From: Octopus bimaculoides
Taxonomy: Eukaryota
Direction of reading: 5' to 3'
DNA length: 64,000 bases
Assembly (NCBI RefSeq): GCF_001194135.2
Contig: NC_068984.1
Location: forward strand, 66,041,601 to 66,105,600
Position 1 is the first letter of the stretch; each line of letters begins with the position of its first letter. The notes beneath the pieces were generated by a model, which was given only the letters and a program-made list of their open reading frames with translations, was not told the origin of the DNA and ran no database searches. The translations under genes and the position numbers were made by a program. Below, one piece after another: positions 13,611-26,783 of the stretch.

Positions 13611-13854
13611 CCCTTTTAGTGCAGAAATCAGATATATTCACTCAAAATTTGATTACTCTTAACTGCAGAGAGCAATCTTGTGTACCAATCTATCTTTTGT
13701 TGAGGGAATGTCATGCTTGAAACTACATTTCGTTGAGGTGTGTCAAGTTTATTGAGGCAATGCGACTTGCAAAATAAATACCAATTCTGTTTTTTGGTAG
13801 ATATTTATCATCATAACTGAAATAACCATGAAATTTAATTTTGCAGTTAAAGGG
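13611..13854. mobile_element. piggyBac-type MITE
   Basis: TTAA|CCCTTTTAGTGCAG … TTGCAGTTAAAGGG|TTAA; imperfect TIR, TTAA TSD. Confidence 0.75.
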
Positions 13855-16353
13855 TTAAATGTCAAATTGTCTCAGAAGAGTTGTTGTCAGTAAAATTGCT
13901 ATTTTTCAGACTATTAACCTCATCTATAGAGATTAATAAAATATTTAATATATCTATGTCTATGCAATCATAAAATTTCCAAAGAGAGGAAAGAAAAGCT
14001 TTTTTTTTTTTTAATAATAAAAGACCTACTAAACAAAAGTTATGTATATCTTTCTACAATGCCAGAACAAAGAATAAGAATGTAAGGAGTATACAACATT
14101 GTATGCATGTGTTTATTGATCAGTGCACTTTAAATCAAGATATCTCCAATTTCTATTATTGAAATAACAGGTATTTCATATAATATTTCCTATTATAGGT
14201 ACAAGTTTTGGAGAGAGAAGCAGTTGATTACATTAACCCCAGTACTTAACTAGTACTTATTTCGTCAACTCTGAAAGGCAAAATCAGACACAGCAGAATT
14301 TGAACTTAAAATATAAAACTGGAAGAACTGTCACTCAGCATTTTGTTTGGTGTACTATTAATTTTGCCAACTTGCCATCTTAGGAATCTTATATAATAAA
14401 AGAAAGTTAAATGTATATAAACATTTTTGTGCATAAATATATGCATGTATATGCAAATGGACATTTACGCCACACACATTAAGGCTTACAACAACCACTA
14501 CCTAATGGGCAGCTCTTTGCAATTTTTAAACAATCACTTGTATTGCTCAGAATATTTAAATAAAACCCAAACAGTTAAAATGTTTGAATTGTAGATGTCA
14601 AATTTTTGCTACTTATTTGGGTTAATGCAACACTTGGATGGATCAGCTAATAAATTCACAAAACACAAACTGTGAAGCAGAGTCTTATTTATGAAATAAT
14701 TGCACTGAATATACATATACAGACAGACGCATTTACATTTATGCATACAGTATTATAAATAGTATTTCATTTACACATATACATGTTAAATACATCATCT
14801 GCCAGAACTCTAGACACAATCATTTTTACAAGAGTTCAAAATACATGATATAACTGCTATGAAGAGATTTGTCTTCAGAACTTTCAGTCAATTAAATGTT
14901 TGAATGATATTATGTTTTCATATCAGCTAGATACTATTTATCAGCAGTATAGCAGTATTAGTTATCTTTATTGAAAATGACTAGAAGATATATCAAATAT
15001 CACTTTTTATGGCACATGTATATCAAGATGAATTTATATAATGACATTTATGATAAATTTGCCAATAACATTTTTTATAGGCAGGCATAAGAAACTTCTA
15101 TCACAGTAAGCTTTTACTGAGAATATTAGCATCAAAAGATGATAAAGGAACTATTATGCAGTAAATATCCTAAAGAAATGGAGATATTTTTTTTAATGAC
15201 ATTTCGTTTCATGAAACTATTTGATATGTTGCATTCTTTCTAATTTCTAAAGATTTTATTTTTCATATTTCATTCATATTCTTCTGTTGAATCACATGGT
15301 TACTAATGTCTTAGATTTGATTGTTTAGTACAAATTCGGACAAACATTTTCTCTGCAAATGTCTGAGATACAATAGGAAAATGTATACAAATACATTGAA
15401 GATTTTGATGCTAGAGAAATCAAGCAGATATTAATCACACAATGGCTTAAAATTACTGACAGAAAACCAAAACGACTAACAATTTTCAAAAAATATACCC
15501 TGCTTTATATACAATAAATACTACATTATTTTTAATTCTTGGCTATTTTGTAATTTTGAACTAAATACTTCATTTCAAACTTTGCAAGAATTTTTAAAGC
15601 AGGTGGCTTAAGCTAATCGAAATCATATATTATCTAAGATATTTTCTATTTATCTACCTTTAAAATTCCACGGAAGCAAAAATATATAATTTTTAATGGT
15701 AGAATATTTTTACTGATGCACAAAAATAAAAGTGTTTGTACTATTTCTACATCAATCCACAAAATATTTATGCAAAATTATTGTATCAAGAGAAGTCTTA
15801 TTGCATTCTGCCGATTTCTGATTAGATTTAGTCAAAAGAAATAACATGAATGAAGATAGTTCATTTTTTTTGTTATTAAATAATGTATAAGATAGGAAAA
15901 TGAGATTAACAGAAAATTATCTCTAATCTTTCACTTTGACAAATTAGTTTTGTTTTGAAGAAATTAAAAAAACAGTCAAAGGAAAATAAAGAATATTGCT
16001 GTCAAATGTAAACATTTTCACTGAGCAATATCAATTAATAGTTTTAACAAAAGGCACGACAAATTTCAACATCAGGATGTTGCAAATCATTACTGTGTTC
16101 TACTGATATTTACTTAAAGTTTATAAAGAGCAGATACTTCATGGGGTTAAATCCATATGCTTATAAAAAAAAAAAAATATGCTAAAAAAAAAACTAAACT
16201 TTGCTAAAATGTAGAGATAAGATTGCCATCAGATGTTTATAACTGATGAATAAACTTTTGTAAATGTACTGAAAATTGTGCTTAATCTTTATTGGTCAAA
16301 GTTATCTTACAGCAAGTATGGCTATCACAACTGAAGTAAAGTCTAACAATACA

Positions 16354-16760
16354 GGCGCAGGAGTGGCTGTGTGGTAAGTAGCTTGCTTATCAACCACATG
16401 GTTCCGGGTTCAGTCCCACAGCCTGGCACCTTGGGCAAGTATCTTCTACTATAGCCTCGGGCCGACCAAAGCCTTGTGAGTGGATTTGGTAGACGGAAAC
16501 TGAAAAAAGCCCGTCGTATATATGTATATATATATATATGTGTGTGTGTGTTTGTGTGTCTGTGTTTGTCCCCCACCATCGCTTGACAACCGATGCTGGT
16601 GTGTTTACGTCCCCGTAACTTAGCGGTTCGGCAAAAAAAGACCAATAGAATAAGTACTAGGCTTACAAAGAATAAGTCCTGGGGTCGATTTTCTCGACTA
16701 AAGGCAGTGCTCCAGCATGGCCGCAGTCAAATGACTGAAACAAGTAAAAGAGTAAAAGAG
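16354..16760 (+). mobile_element. Young full-length tRNA-derived SINE (family A)
   Basis: Box A/B-like head (GGCTGTGTGGTAAG…GGTTCAGTCCC), internal (TA)/(TG) repeat, GTAAAAGA tandem tail, AATACA TSD, CpGs retained. Confidence 0.9.
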
Positions 16761-18109
16761 TAATACAGTGGAAAGTGACTTAGTCGATGATGTCATGAGC
16801 CAGTAAATATGACAAAATGATAATCTGCAAAGGCAGCTACATATTTTCCAGTTATAATGAAATTAAATTATAATTATGAGGGAACTGACACTTATTACCA
16901 GGCCTGATCCTCTTTCCACTGTCTCAACTCAATTCATATAATGTCTAACATCTCTGCAAATTATGTTTCCTTTATCTAAATTTCAATTTTCAGCAAACTA
17001 TTCTAACATTCTGGCCTTTTTTCAATAAAAATACTTGTGATTGTATACAATTTCAGAAAGATAATTTTGACATCATGAAATATTAATATATTTAATGGCA
17101 TGAATAAAAATTATATCAAAATATGCATAAATACTTGTAAATTAACTATTCATTATCACTGCATATTTTGAGTTTTCCATCAATCACAATTAGATATTTA
17201 TTTTTAATTTCTTAACAGTTATCTTTGAAAGAAAACAAACAAAAAAAAAAAAAACAGAAACGGAGAGAGATAAGGAACTAATTTGTTTTCGTAATTCCTA
17301 CATTTCAATTTCACGAAGGCTTTCCAGGATTTTCTCATAATAAACATTCTCATTTTTATAATATCACTTCAACTCAAATCATTATTTTCCATAAAGAAAC
17401 TCATTGTATGCTGAAAGGTAATCAGTATATTTTAGAAATTTCTCCTCATCAATCTTCACTATTGCAATGTAGTTTCCTATTCTCTTATAAGAAAATGCCA
17501 ACATTATCATGAATCAATTTTACTGGCTTTTAATACTGCTATATTTAGGAAATGAACTCAAATGATTTGATTAATTTATTTCAAAGATTGTACAATTCCT
17601 GATAGTGTCTTGAATTGCTTAAAACAATATTAAGAGCTATAAACAATGTGTTTATTGGAATTAACTTTAATTTATATTTATCAATGTAAAATCTTGACTG
17701 GTGATATTCAATTTACATCCTATCTCTTTACATTTTATATTCATGCAAATAAAAGAAACATTGAATTTAGAATTTACATGCAACAAAATGCTAGATCAAT
17801 CAGAAGTTTTCAACTGGCTGAACTATAAGTAGGATAAATCACCTCCTGTTCTACTTCTAATATTTATGAAAGTTACATAGACAATGTTTAATGTTTCTCT
17901 TGAAAAGTTGCAAATCAACAGCTATAGAAACAAGGGTAACAAAGAAACAAAAAACAAAGCTCCAGTGAAGTGCTTTATGTAGGGACTTGTGGGGATCAAT
18001 AGATGTAATGAGAAAAAAACATGAGTTAGGAGTGCCTGTGAGGTGACAGTGCAAGACCAGCAGCTTAAAGGAGAAGCAGTCACTGCAGTCACCAAAATTT
18101 AGACCATGC

Positions 18110-18300
18110 CCTCCCACCAGTGGCATGTAAAATGCTGCCAGCACACTCTGTAAAGTGGTTGGCATTAGGAAGCTTATCCAGCTGTAGAAACCATGCCAAA
18201 ACAAACAATTGGAGTCTGGACATCTCCTTGGCTGGACAGCTCCTGTCAAACCAGCAAAGCTATGCCATCATGGACAACAGATGTTAAATGATGATGATGT
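18110..18300 (+). mobile_element. RTE-type LINE 3' end or LINE-tailed SINE, (GAT)n tail
   Basis: GTGGTTGGCATTAGGAAG…CAGCTGTAGAAAC…GTTAAATGATGATGATG; same family as 49722, 51673 and 60112. Confidence 0.75.
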
Positions 18301-19842
18301 CTAGATGTCTGTACGTGCAAGACAGCACCAGCAGCACTATCCATGATGTGGGAACAAGACACCATTGTGGATCCCACTTTAGCTTAGTAATTCTTGGGGA
18401 CTGATTATTTTCTAACCTTAAAAAAAGCACAGTCTCTCCTATGTTGAATATGTATCATAGACAGAAAAGTTTCCAAGTGATGATGAAGCTTAGCATTTGT
18501 AGCTTTAGGCCGCATGCTATTTATATTTAAGGGAAGTGAAATATGATGTTTCCTTTCTATGTGCAGTAATTGTGTGTCTGTGCATTTCAAGAAGAGAGAC
18601 TGAAACTTGGGATGATTACCATCCAAAGATGTATTCAAATCTTTTGTTTGTGGAGTTAGTATAATTTTGTCATAAATTGCCTAGGTTGCATGTGGATGAT
18701 GACTGTGTGTGAAAGGTTAAGGAAGAATGAAGAGTGCTATCATGAACTAATGAACTAATTTAACTGACAAAACAGTCTTGAGTTACTCTGAAGCATTATA
18801 TCAAATATGTGCAAGCCTCATGCCAACAAAACCCAGTAAGATAAAACCATCAAAGATCATAACAACACTAATAAAACAATTACTAGGAAAGTTGAATAAT
18901 TGGAAAGCAAATTTATTGAAACCTATTTCATTGTTTTTCTTATTATCAATTGTATACAGATGAACAGCTCCCTTGAGAAAATAGCAGTCTTTATGCAAAC
19001 CAGATTTGACTAATTTGGATATTAAAGATTAAGACTTTTTTCTTAAATTTCCAGTCATTTCATAGAAATATTGAAATTTTAAGGTAATCCACTTAAAATC
19101 ATTGTGTGCATTGACAGTAGTATAGTTATCAAAACTGTGAAAAAGAGAACTACAGAATAATATTTACCATTTCAATAAATAATGGTTTCTAACATGCACA
19201 AGGCTATAATTTTGTTTTTACATAGTCAATTATACTGAATCTAGTACCTAACCTGTACTTAATTCAACAATCCTAGAATTATGAAATATAAATTGCTGTA
19301 AGTAAATACTGCAAGGCATTTTGTCATTCTGTCTATTGTTGCCAACCATTTTAATAAATAATGCAAAATGTAAAGCTACTTTAGAGATATACAGTTGTAG
19401 TTTATGAGAATTTAGATTGTAGTATTTAGTGTAATAGTAGGCACTGAAACATTGATCTATGTAATCTGGTTTTTGCCATCTTATTTCAAGTAAATTACTC
19501 AATATATAATTACTCTTATTATATATTCTATACTATTATTTATTAAAAGAGAATAAGTTGGTTAACTGTATGTAACTGTCATTGCAATCACAGTTTTGGT
19601 ATTGTTATTCTTTAAACATAAAAAAAAAGAAATTTATATAATAATTAATAAGGTAGTTATCTAAACAAATTTTTTAAAAATTATTCATGTTCAAATTATA
19701 GTAAACACTAGATTCCATCCAGAAAATTAAATTCAACAAAAGACAATGTTTTACTTTTGACCCTCTCTGTCATAAGCCATAATTGATTTTATAGGAATTA
19801 AAAGGTTAATATATATTTAAGTCTGTTATGCATATATGTACA

Positions 19843-20010
19843 GGCGTAGCTGTATGCTTAAGAAGCTTGCTTTACAACCATGTGTGTGTGTGGTTTCAGG
19901 TTCAGTCCCACAGAGCAGCACCTTGGGCAAGTGTCTTCTACTATAGCTCCAGGTTAGCCAATATCTTGTAAGTGAATTTGGGAGACTAAAACCATCTGGA
20001 AGCCCAATAT
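19843..20010 (+). mobile_element. SINE family A, 5' half
   Basis: Matches the head of 16354-16760 (GGTTCAGTCCCAC…CCTTGGGCAAGTGTCTTCTACTATAG). Confidence 0.85.
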
Positions 20011-20329
20011 ATGTATATATCTATATATATAAGTGAGAATGTCTATCTGTGTGTTTGTATGTGTGCATCACTAAAACTCATGAACAACCCAACTAATTTC
20101 ATCCAAATTTTACCCATTCACAACTTAGGCTATATGGAGTGTAATGAGCCAAAAGATATTTTCCACTTCTTGCCTAATGCGAGCCCGGAGCAATCTCTTA
20201 GACTGTTTCCATATTACATGTCAAAAGTGAAGCAATAACATCTCTACTGTAATGTGAGATACTAGTTTCACTATGTATATATGCACAAAGTGAAACTATT
20301 ATCTCACATTACATATATACATGCATACA

Positions 20330-20400
20330 TATATATATATATAAATATGTGTATGTATATGTATATATTATGTGTGTGTATATATATATGTAATATATAT

Positions 20401-20452
<52 letters not shown>
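20330..20452. repeat. (TA)n microsatellite
   Basis: Directly visible. Confidence 0.95.
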
Positions 20453-20457
<5 letters not shown>

Positions 20458-20469
20458 ATTTATATTTCG

Positions 20470-21070
20470 TAATGAGATGAAAAAACCAAGGCAGTGTATA
20501 ATATAGAACATTTATAAATTGGTCTTACAGCTATTTCCAGGATATTTATTATATCCCTTCATCGGAGACGGTATGAAAGGATGGTTAAGCTATAGTTAGT
20601 TTAGATAAGATAGGAAATAGAGAATGAATGTAGGGATATTGTATTTGTAAATCCATTGTTTAGGCAGAATATATATATATATATATATAAATATGCAGAG
20701 AAAAATCAAAATGTTATTTAATGAATCTCTGTATGAGTACAAATTTTATATATAAATGTACTGTGCGCACAAGGGTAAGGCCATATGTTTTACGTTGGGA
20801 AGATGGCCGATTCATTTAAGAATTGTTATTGTAACCATGTTGCCAGCTTTAAGACAATCAATAAGAAACATTCGACGTTTTTGGCAAATTTTGCATGGCA
20901 ACTGAAGGAGGACAAAATGAAGTACGGCATTAACTGGTCCGTAGTAAGGTACGCAAAACAATATAATTCCCAAGAGATGCTGTCTCTGCTCCAAGAAATC
21001 CCTGTCTATTCTGTAAACTATTCTGTAGACAAGAAGTTTATTAATAGAATTTCTGAATAACTCTCAAGAT
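20470..21070 (+). mobile_element. Penelope-like element remnant: GIY-YIG endonuclease fragment (+) with an inverted terminal-repeat piece (about 20470-20690)
   Basis: YVGKMADSFKNCYCNHVASF…KHSTFLANFAWQLKE…INWSVV…Y followed by a frameshifted C.LC; typical PLE endonuclease C-terminus. Confidence 0.8.
20522..20569 (-). ncRNA. Degenerate minimal type I hammerhead ribozyme (Penelope-associated)
   Basis: Minus strand reads GTCT-CCGATGA-AGGGATAT-AATAA-ATATCCTG-GAAA-TAGCTG-TA-AGAC: stem I GTCT/AGAC, stem II hairpin, GAAA, near-palindromic stem III and UA cleavage site; core CUGAUGA is mutated to CCGAUGA. Confidence 0.7.
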
Positions 21071-21842
21071 GCCTACATGCATATAAATGTACTTTCACAC
21101 AATGCAGTGGGAATGAATTTTGAGCAACTATTAACTTAATTTAATTTATTTTAAGGTATGGTTGACTTAAGTTTACTTTTAACCTCCCCATTCTGACAAA
21201 CACCAAGTAGATAGCTAACTCACTTTATGATCATGAGTGCACCACACTTCATGTGAGCATATGCGTGCACTTTTGTGGATGCTTGTATGAGTGAGTGTAC
21301 TCATGCCATGCAGCTTGCCCGAGGGTGTTTATATATCCATATTTGTTAACGGTTATTTTAATACTCTTCTTGCTGGATTGCGTGTATGTTTCTCTTTTTA
21401 CCATCTGTGAGTTGTTGTCTGTAGCCTTTCTCATAAAATGGGAGTTAACTGAGAGTTATTATAAACCAATTACACCAGCTGTTGTTGAATAATCTGAATT
21501 AGCATCCTTTCAGTGGAAGTTAGAAGATTTCTTGGAAATACAGTTGCTTCAAATACACAAAAGAATTCAAGGACCTAATTTTGACTGTAACAACATGTAA
21601 TGTTGTGTTCAACAGAGCTTAAAATTTGTCATTAAACCTCTCTCATGTTAATGGTCATAATACTTAAAAAATATGGAGAAATATAAGGAATACCCTTACC
21701 AAGCAGGAAGAAAGAAACAGCTGAATTGATTAATTAATAACTCTCTTATTTTATATTTTAGCTGTAAAAGCATTAAAATCTTAGGCAGCTACATACAGAT
21801 GAATATTCATTATTAGTGTGTCACAGATTTACTCAATCTAAT

Positions 21843-22810
21843 CATAATAATAATAATAATCAATTCTTTTACTAGCCATGAGGGCTCACATAAAATAACA
21901 TTAAATGACATGCAGCAACATAAAAGAGGAAAACAGAATGATACAATTGGTTTTACAGCATGTAAACAATATAAATAACAATTAAAATTAAATAAATTAA
22001 AACTTCCAATAGAGAAGGCACTTTAAGGTCCTTGTGGAAAAAGCCACAAAAGCTATGGGTGCCTGATCAACAGAGCAAGAGCCATTCTCCTTCTATTTTT
22101 CACAGGTGTATGTTCAGAATTGCTCCTTTCACACTGGCCATTCTTCCAGCATTCACCCACCTTTCAACAAACTTGCTAGAAAGCAACACTTCCCTTTCAA
22201 CCCTCAACTTCTTTTTCAAGTGAAACTTGAAAAAGTTGATGAGAGGCCAAAGAGGAAAGTGTCTGTTTTCAGCCCTTTCAAACGGGTCCACCATAATACA
22301 TCTTTTGCTACAACCACTAAACAAATAAAAATTGCCTGCCCCTCTAAGCAAAAAGAGGGTGGTGGGACAATCTTCACAATGGATTCTGCTGATATCCAGA
22401 TCTGTCCTACATGCGATAGCAGGTATCTGACATAAACCCACATGTCACCAATACTTGGGCACTGGACTAGGGCATGCAGAATGGTTTCACTATTCTGAGC
22501 GAACCTTGGGCAGGCCTGACTGAAAGCACTTCCATGCCTGTAAAGTTTATCTCAAAAAGGCAGCGCCCCTTGGTAGCGCTGCCAGGCAAGTTTTTTTTCT
22601 GAAAGTTAGCCATAGGCTCAGGCCTGAAAGTTCTCTTAAACAGATCAGTTAGTTGATCTTCATCAATGCCCAGAGTTTCCCCGAGAACATCATTGCACTT
22701 TCCCTCCACTAGCCCTCTATAGAACGCTAGAGTGGAACAACCACCCACTGCATTGCCCACCTGGCATAGGTCGAACGTTTTGACAGTATAGGATGGGTCC
22801 AAGCATTGCA
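21843..22810 (-). mobile_element. L1/Tx1-clade LINE 3' fragment (zf-RVT), degenerate
   Basis: Minus-strand frames give …DKLYRHG…CPR…ETILHALVQCPSIGDMWVYV…; 3'UTR ends GTAAAAGAATT plus an (ATT)n tail at about 21843-21865. Confidence 0.8.
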
Positions 22811-23654
22811 TTGTGCTTCAGTATCTGCATTAGCATGGTTTCTATGGCTGGATGCCCTTCCTAATGCCAGGGTACTTTTTGTTTTTCATGCCATCAGCAC
22901 TTGTGAGGTTTACATGCAGTTTGAAAATGAAAATACTAATAATTCAATTCATCTTATATGGAATACAGTTAGTTTTTGCAAAGCAACTAGGATGCCTCTA
23001 TATAGTTCCTTGACCTGCTAGAAATGATTGCTAATTTCCCTGAATTTTCTTGTTAAAAACATGAAAACTGACAACATACTCATAAATATAGAAAGACCAG
23101 AATATCACAGCTAGAACAACTTTGATCACAGGCCTGCTTAGTTAGAGCTTACAAGGAGCTGAACAACATTGAATTTTCATTGCCTTTCCATTAATGTTTA
23201 AAATCTAAATTCCATTAGAATTTTTTTCTTTACAGTGGTTAAATAAAAGGACAATATGCAATACATTACGTTTCTGTTTGTTAAACATGAGCAGATTTAT
23301 AAGCCTGCAACAGAAAATTTTGTTCTTCCATTTTCTATTACTCAGAGGAAAAGAATAATATATACAATTACATATTTACAAATCATTTTCCAATTTAATA
23401 AAATGTTTTGAATCTTGAATGCCAAAAAAGTTTAGACACTTTTTCAGAGTTTTCAACATATCAAAAACATTTGGATCACATAGAACTTTGGGTATTGATA
23501 TCCTTGTAATGGTCATAGACAAAATTAGAAGCACAAACTTCACAATTAAAAATCATATTTAATTAATAGCTTAACTAAGATATATTTGAAGATTAACTTT
23601 CAAAAAACGCTCAGCTGATTGTAACATATCTGTTGTTATACATAACATAGGATA

Positions 23655-23995
23655 ATGGGTAAAGACCCCCTTTGGTCATGAATGACCATAGGATTGCACC
23701 TAGGAAGTTTCCCTTCAAGGTACAAGTCCGGGCAAGATTGCTTATGGAAGACCAGCAATCACTCATGCATACCAGCCTCCCCTCTCCTTGCCACTGGTGT
23801 TATCCAAGAGAAAGGCAAAGGCCAATGCAGCTTGGCACTTGTGACATCACAGCTCATTTCTACAGCTGAGTGAACCGGAGCAATGTGAAATAAAGCATCT
23901 TGCTCAAGAATACAACATGCAGCCCAGTCTGGGAACTGAAATAATTCCACCATGATTTTGAGCCTGACTCTCTAACCACTGAGCCAAGCATCTTC
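23655..23995 (-). mobile_element. tRNA-derived SINE with central TTGAGCAAG…CTTTA-type conserved domain
   Basis: Head GCTCAGTGGTTAGAG…, GTATTCTTGAGCAAGATGCTTTA; related heads at 7672-7890 and 44340-44600. Confidence 0.75.
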
Positions 23996-24854
23996 ACTAT
24001 GACCTATTGTAGATGTTCTTATTTACCCCACCTCCACCCCACCCCAGCTTAGTGCTAATTTGGCAGAGCTATACTCAAAGACATTCCAGATGTGATCTTC
24101 CCATGTTTTTTGTATATGTAGGACAACATTGTTCAAACTACCCTTTTTTTTAATGATAGGATAATTTGGCCAGTATTTCTTGCAAGTTGAGCAACCATGT
24201 ACATGTTCTCCTGTTGGCTATAGAGTTTATATGTGATGAATATAATGTGTGATGATTACCACTTATTTACTAAGACAATAGTAATTTAACAGAAATATAG
24301 TTTTAAGAATAAAAAACCTTCACAAAACAACAGAAGACATTCATAACTCAAAAGTTCTCAGAAGAAACAGAAAAAGAGCTAAGACTTTAAATCTCAACAA
24401 AGACAATTATGTTAGGAATTTGTAATGAATATTAATGAAATATAATTTGCAACAGGTTTGTTCTTAGTTCAAGTGCAGAGAACAATGTATTCAGAAGCTT
24501 TCTTAAACCATTTCTTTTTTTTTTATATATATGAATCAAGCATCATGCATCTTACATGATTACAAGCAAGCCTGTATGACACCAAAATATATTTTCAATT
24601 ACACACTTCTGTGAAAATACTTGTGTTTTCTGGGGTTTTTTTTAAACAAAATCACAGAAGAATTTTACTCCATCATATTGAATAGGTAGTTGAACATTAC
24701 AAATGGTAAGAAATCTATGACAAATCTTGTAATATTCAACAATATGGTGAACTATTGTAGGATCATCTGTTGTTTCTTTCTAAAAAGGTATCCAAAATAA
24801 GTTAACATATTGTTTTCAAAAAGTTCATTCAAATATATTTTTCTACTTTTCTGC

Positions 24855-25050
24855 TCTAGGCACTAGGCCTGAAATTTTGGGGGAGGGAGCCAGTTGATTA
24901 GATTGACCCCAGTATGCAACTGGTACTCAATTTATCGACACTGAAAGGATGAAAGTCAACCTTAAAGGAATTTGAACTCAAAATGTAAAGACAGACGAAA
25001 TATTGCTAAGCATTTCACCCAGTGTGCTAACATTCCTGCCAGCTCGCCAT
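24855..25050 (-). mobile_element. tRNA-derived SINE family B (best copy); decayed copies at about 1737-1860(+), 14198-14390(-), 27100-27210(+), 32235-32330(-), 32730-32860(-), 34445-34570(-), 57930-58110(+), 63440-63580(-)
   Basis: Shared GGCGAGCTGGCAG head, box-B-like TGAGTTCAAATTCC, and …GACCCCAGTA…ACTGGTACT core. Confidence 0.85.
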
Positions 25051-25355
25051 CTAAGTTCATTCAAATATTAATCATGCAATGTTTAATCTCTGTATGTTAA
25101 TGCAAAAGTTGGAACACTTTTATACCTGTAAGAAGATAATTAATGTAAGAATGCAAAAAGATAATTAATCCTCTCACTGCAAAATTAAATTACATGGTTA
25201 TTTCAGTAATGGTATTAGATATGTATCAAAAAGTACAACTGGTATTTTCTGTAAGTCACACTGCCTCAGTAAATTTAACATATCTCAACAAAAGATATAT
25301 TGGTAAATAAAAACTCTTAAGTATTATTTTTTCAAAGAAAAAAGCAATGTCTTAC

Positions 25356-25445
25356 CTTATATGTTTAATTATTTCAAATTATTCTTTCAACCCTTTATCT
25401 TCTAACTCTACCCAATTTAATTCATCAGCCACAAGAATGAACAAT
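25356..25445 (-). CDS. Putative 90-nt exon, chain 2, with in-frame stop (R-LFILVADELNWVELEDKGLKE*FEIIKHI-R); BACK-domain-like motif
   Basis: Strong acceptor ttttctttcag|A and donor AAG|GTAAGA; phase 2-2; TAA at 25379-25381; the other two frames also stop. The peptide resembles the BTB-kelch BACK motif Wv..d...r...l.ell.hvRfpll (by eye only). Confidence 0.5.
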
Positions 25446-26752
25446 CTGAAAGAAAATCAAGTCTTTATCAATATTCAGTATATATTCTTTCTATTCAAAA
25501 CATAATTAGTGGTTTAAAGTTTTGCATAACACAAATGTTATGCAGATATCAATATTTCCCCAAATATTTTTATATAGAAATAACCATTCACATATAATTT
25601 AAATTTGCATAAGAATATTTCTGTAAGTATACACTTATTTGTATATGAACATATGCAAATGTACAACCATAAAGAAATATCTAAAACATTTGCTTACATG
25701 TTAAGTAACAAAATTACTGGTAACTTTTCTAAAATTAACTAATCATACTTATGTTTATAGATTTTTCATGTTAACGGGTGGAAGTTTTCCTTTCTAAATG
25801 CTTATTAAATAATACAGAGAATGTTTATTAGTTCTTCCACAAACTGTGTTCTTCTAAGAATACATTCACACTATGTTGACAAAAATAATGTCAAAATCTA
25901 ATTTTTTAAATGAATTAAAAACAATTAAAGAAAAAGGAAATAACCATTATATATCTTATATTTTATCTTTTATCACTTATGAAAACAAAAAAAAAAACTA
26001 GAATTGATTAATTTTACTAATATACTTATGATAAAGATATTTTATGTGTGAATTATAGAAAATACATCATTTCTGTTTCTAAAATTATATTAAATAATCT
26101 GTCACTGAAATACTGTACATGAATAGTATTCAGAAACCACATGAGGTTTGTTTACTTTATTTTCTTCTAAAACAAAAGCAGAACAATTACTAAGAGAAAT
26201 GCAGCAAATACTGCTCTTATGATGAGGATACTATTTGAATTAGTGTATTAACTTTCTAAGTTCATTTCCTCACACCCACCATCCATCCAATTCACAACAA
26301 CAATCCAACTTGTTTTTAACTCTAATTCCAAATTTGATTTCATAAATTCAAAAATATACAAAAATTATTTGGAGTAGAACAAATTGAATTTTCTTTAAAT
26401 GACATGAAAAATCATAAAGTAAATGAATGCAAAATATACAGAAGGCATAAATACAGCTTTTATTTGCTTTGCTGATAAAAAAATAATTGTATATGTATTT
26501 ACACGTGTGAATGTATAAATGCATGGTGAATGTAAATGTATAAATGATGAAAGTGTGTACTTGTGCTCGTTATGAATAATACATTTAAATATGCACATTA
26601 CCATAACCTCAGGGTTCAATGAATAAATAGAAACAAAACTAATATACTGATGTGTAATGATATTAAAGTTATTATATATATTTGAAAATCCTATATTGAA
26701 ATAAATCCTGCCTCAAGTGTTCATCATAAAATTTATACAGATAAAGTAGTCT

Positions 26753-26783
<31 letters not shown>

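Noticed and set aside
16900-16955. Minus-strand exon-like segment …ELRQWKEDQA
   Set aside because: All frames from the acceptor contain stops, and joining it to exon 12303-12357 creates TGA.
17875-17922. Minus-strand exon-like segment VDLQLFKRNIKHCL
   Set aside because: Modest donor and no phase-compatible downstream partner.
18801-18998. Hydrophobic ORF that looks like a transmembrane segment
   Set aside because: No convincing donor; T-rich DNA readily yields F/L/I/V-rich ORFs.
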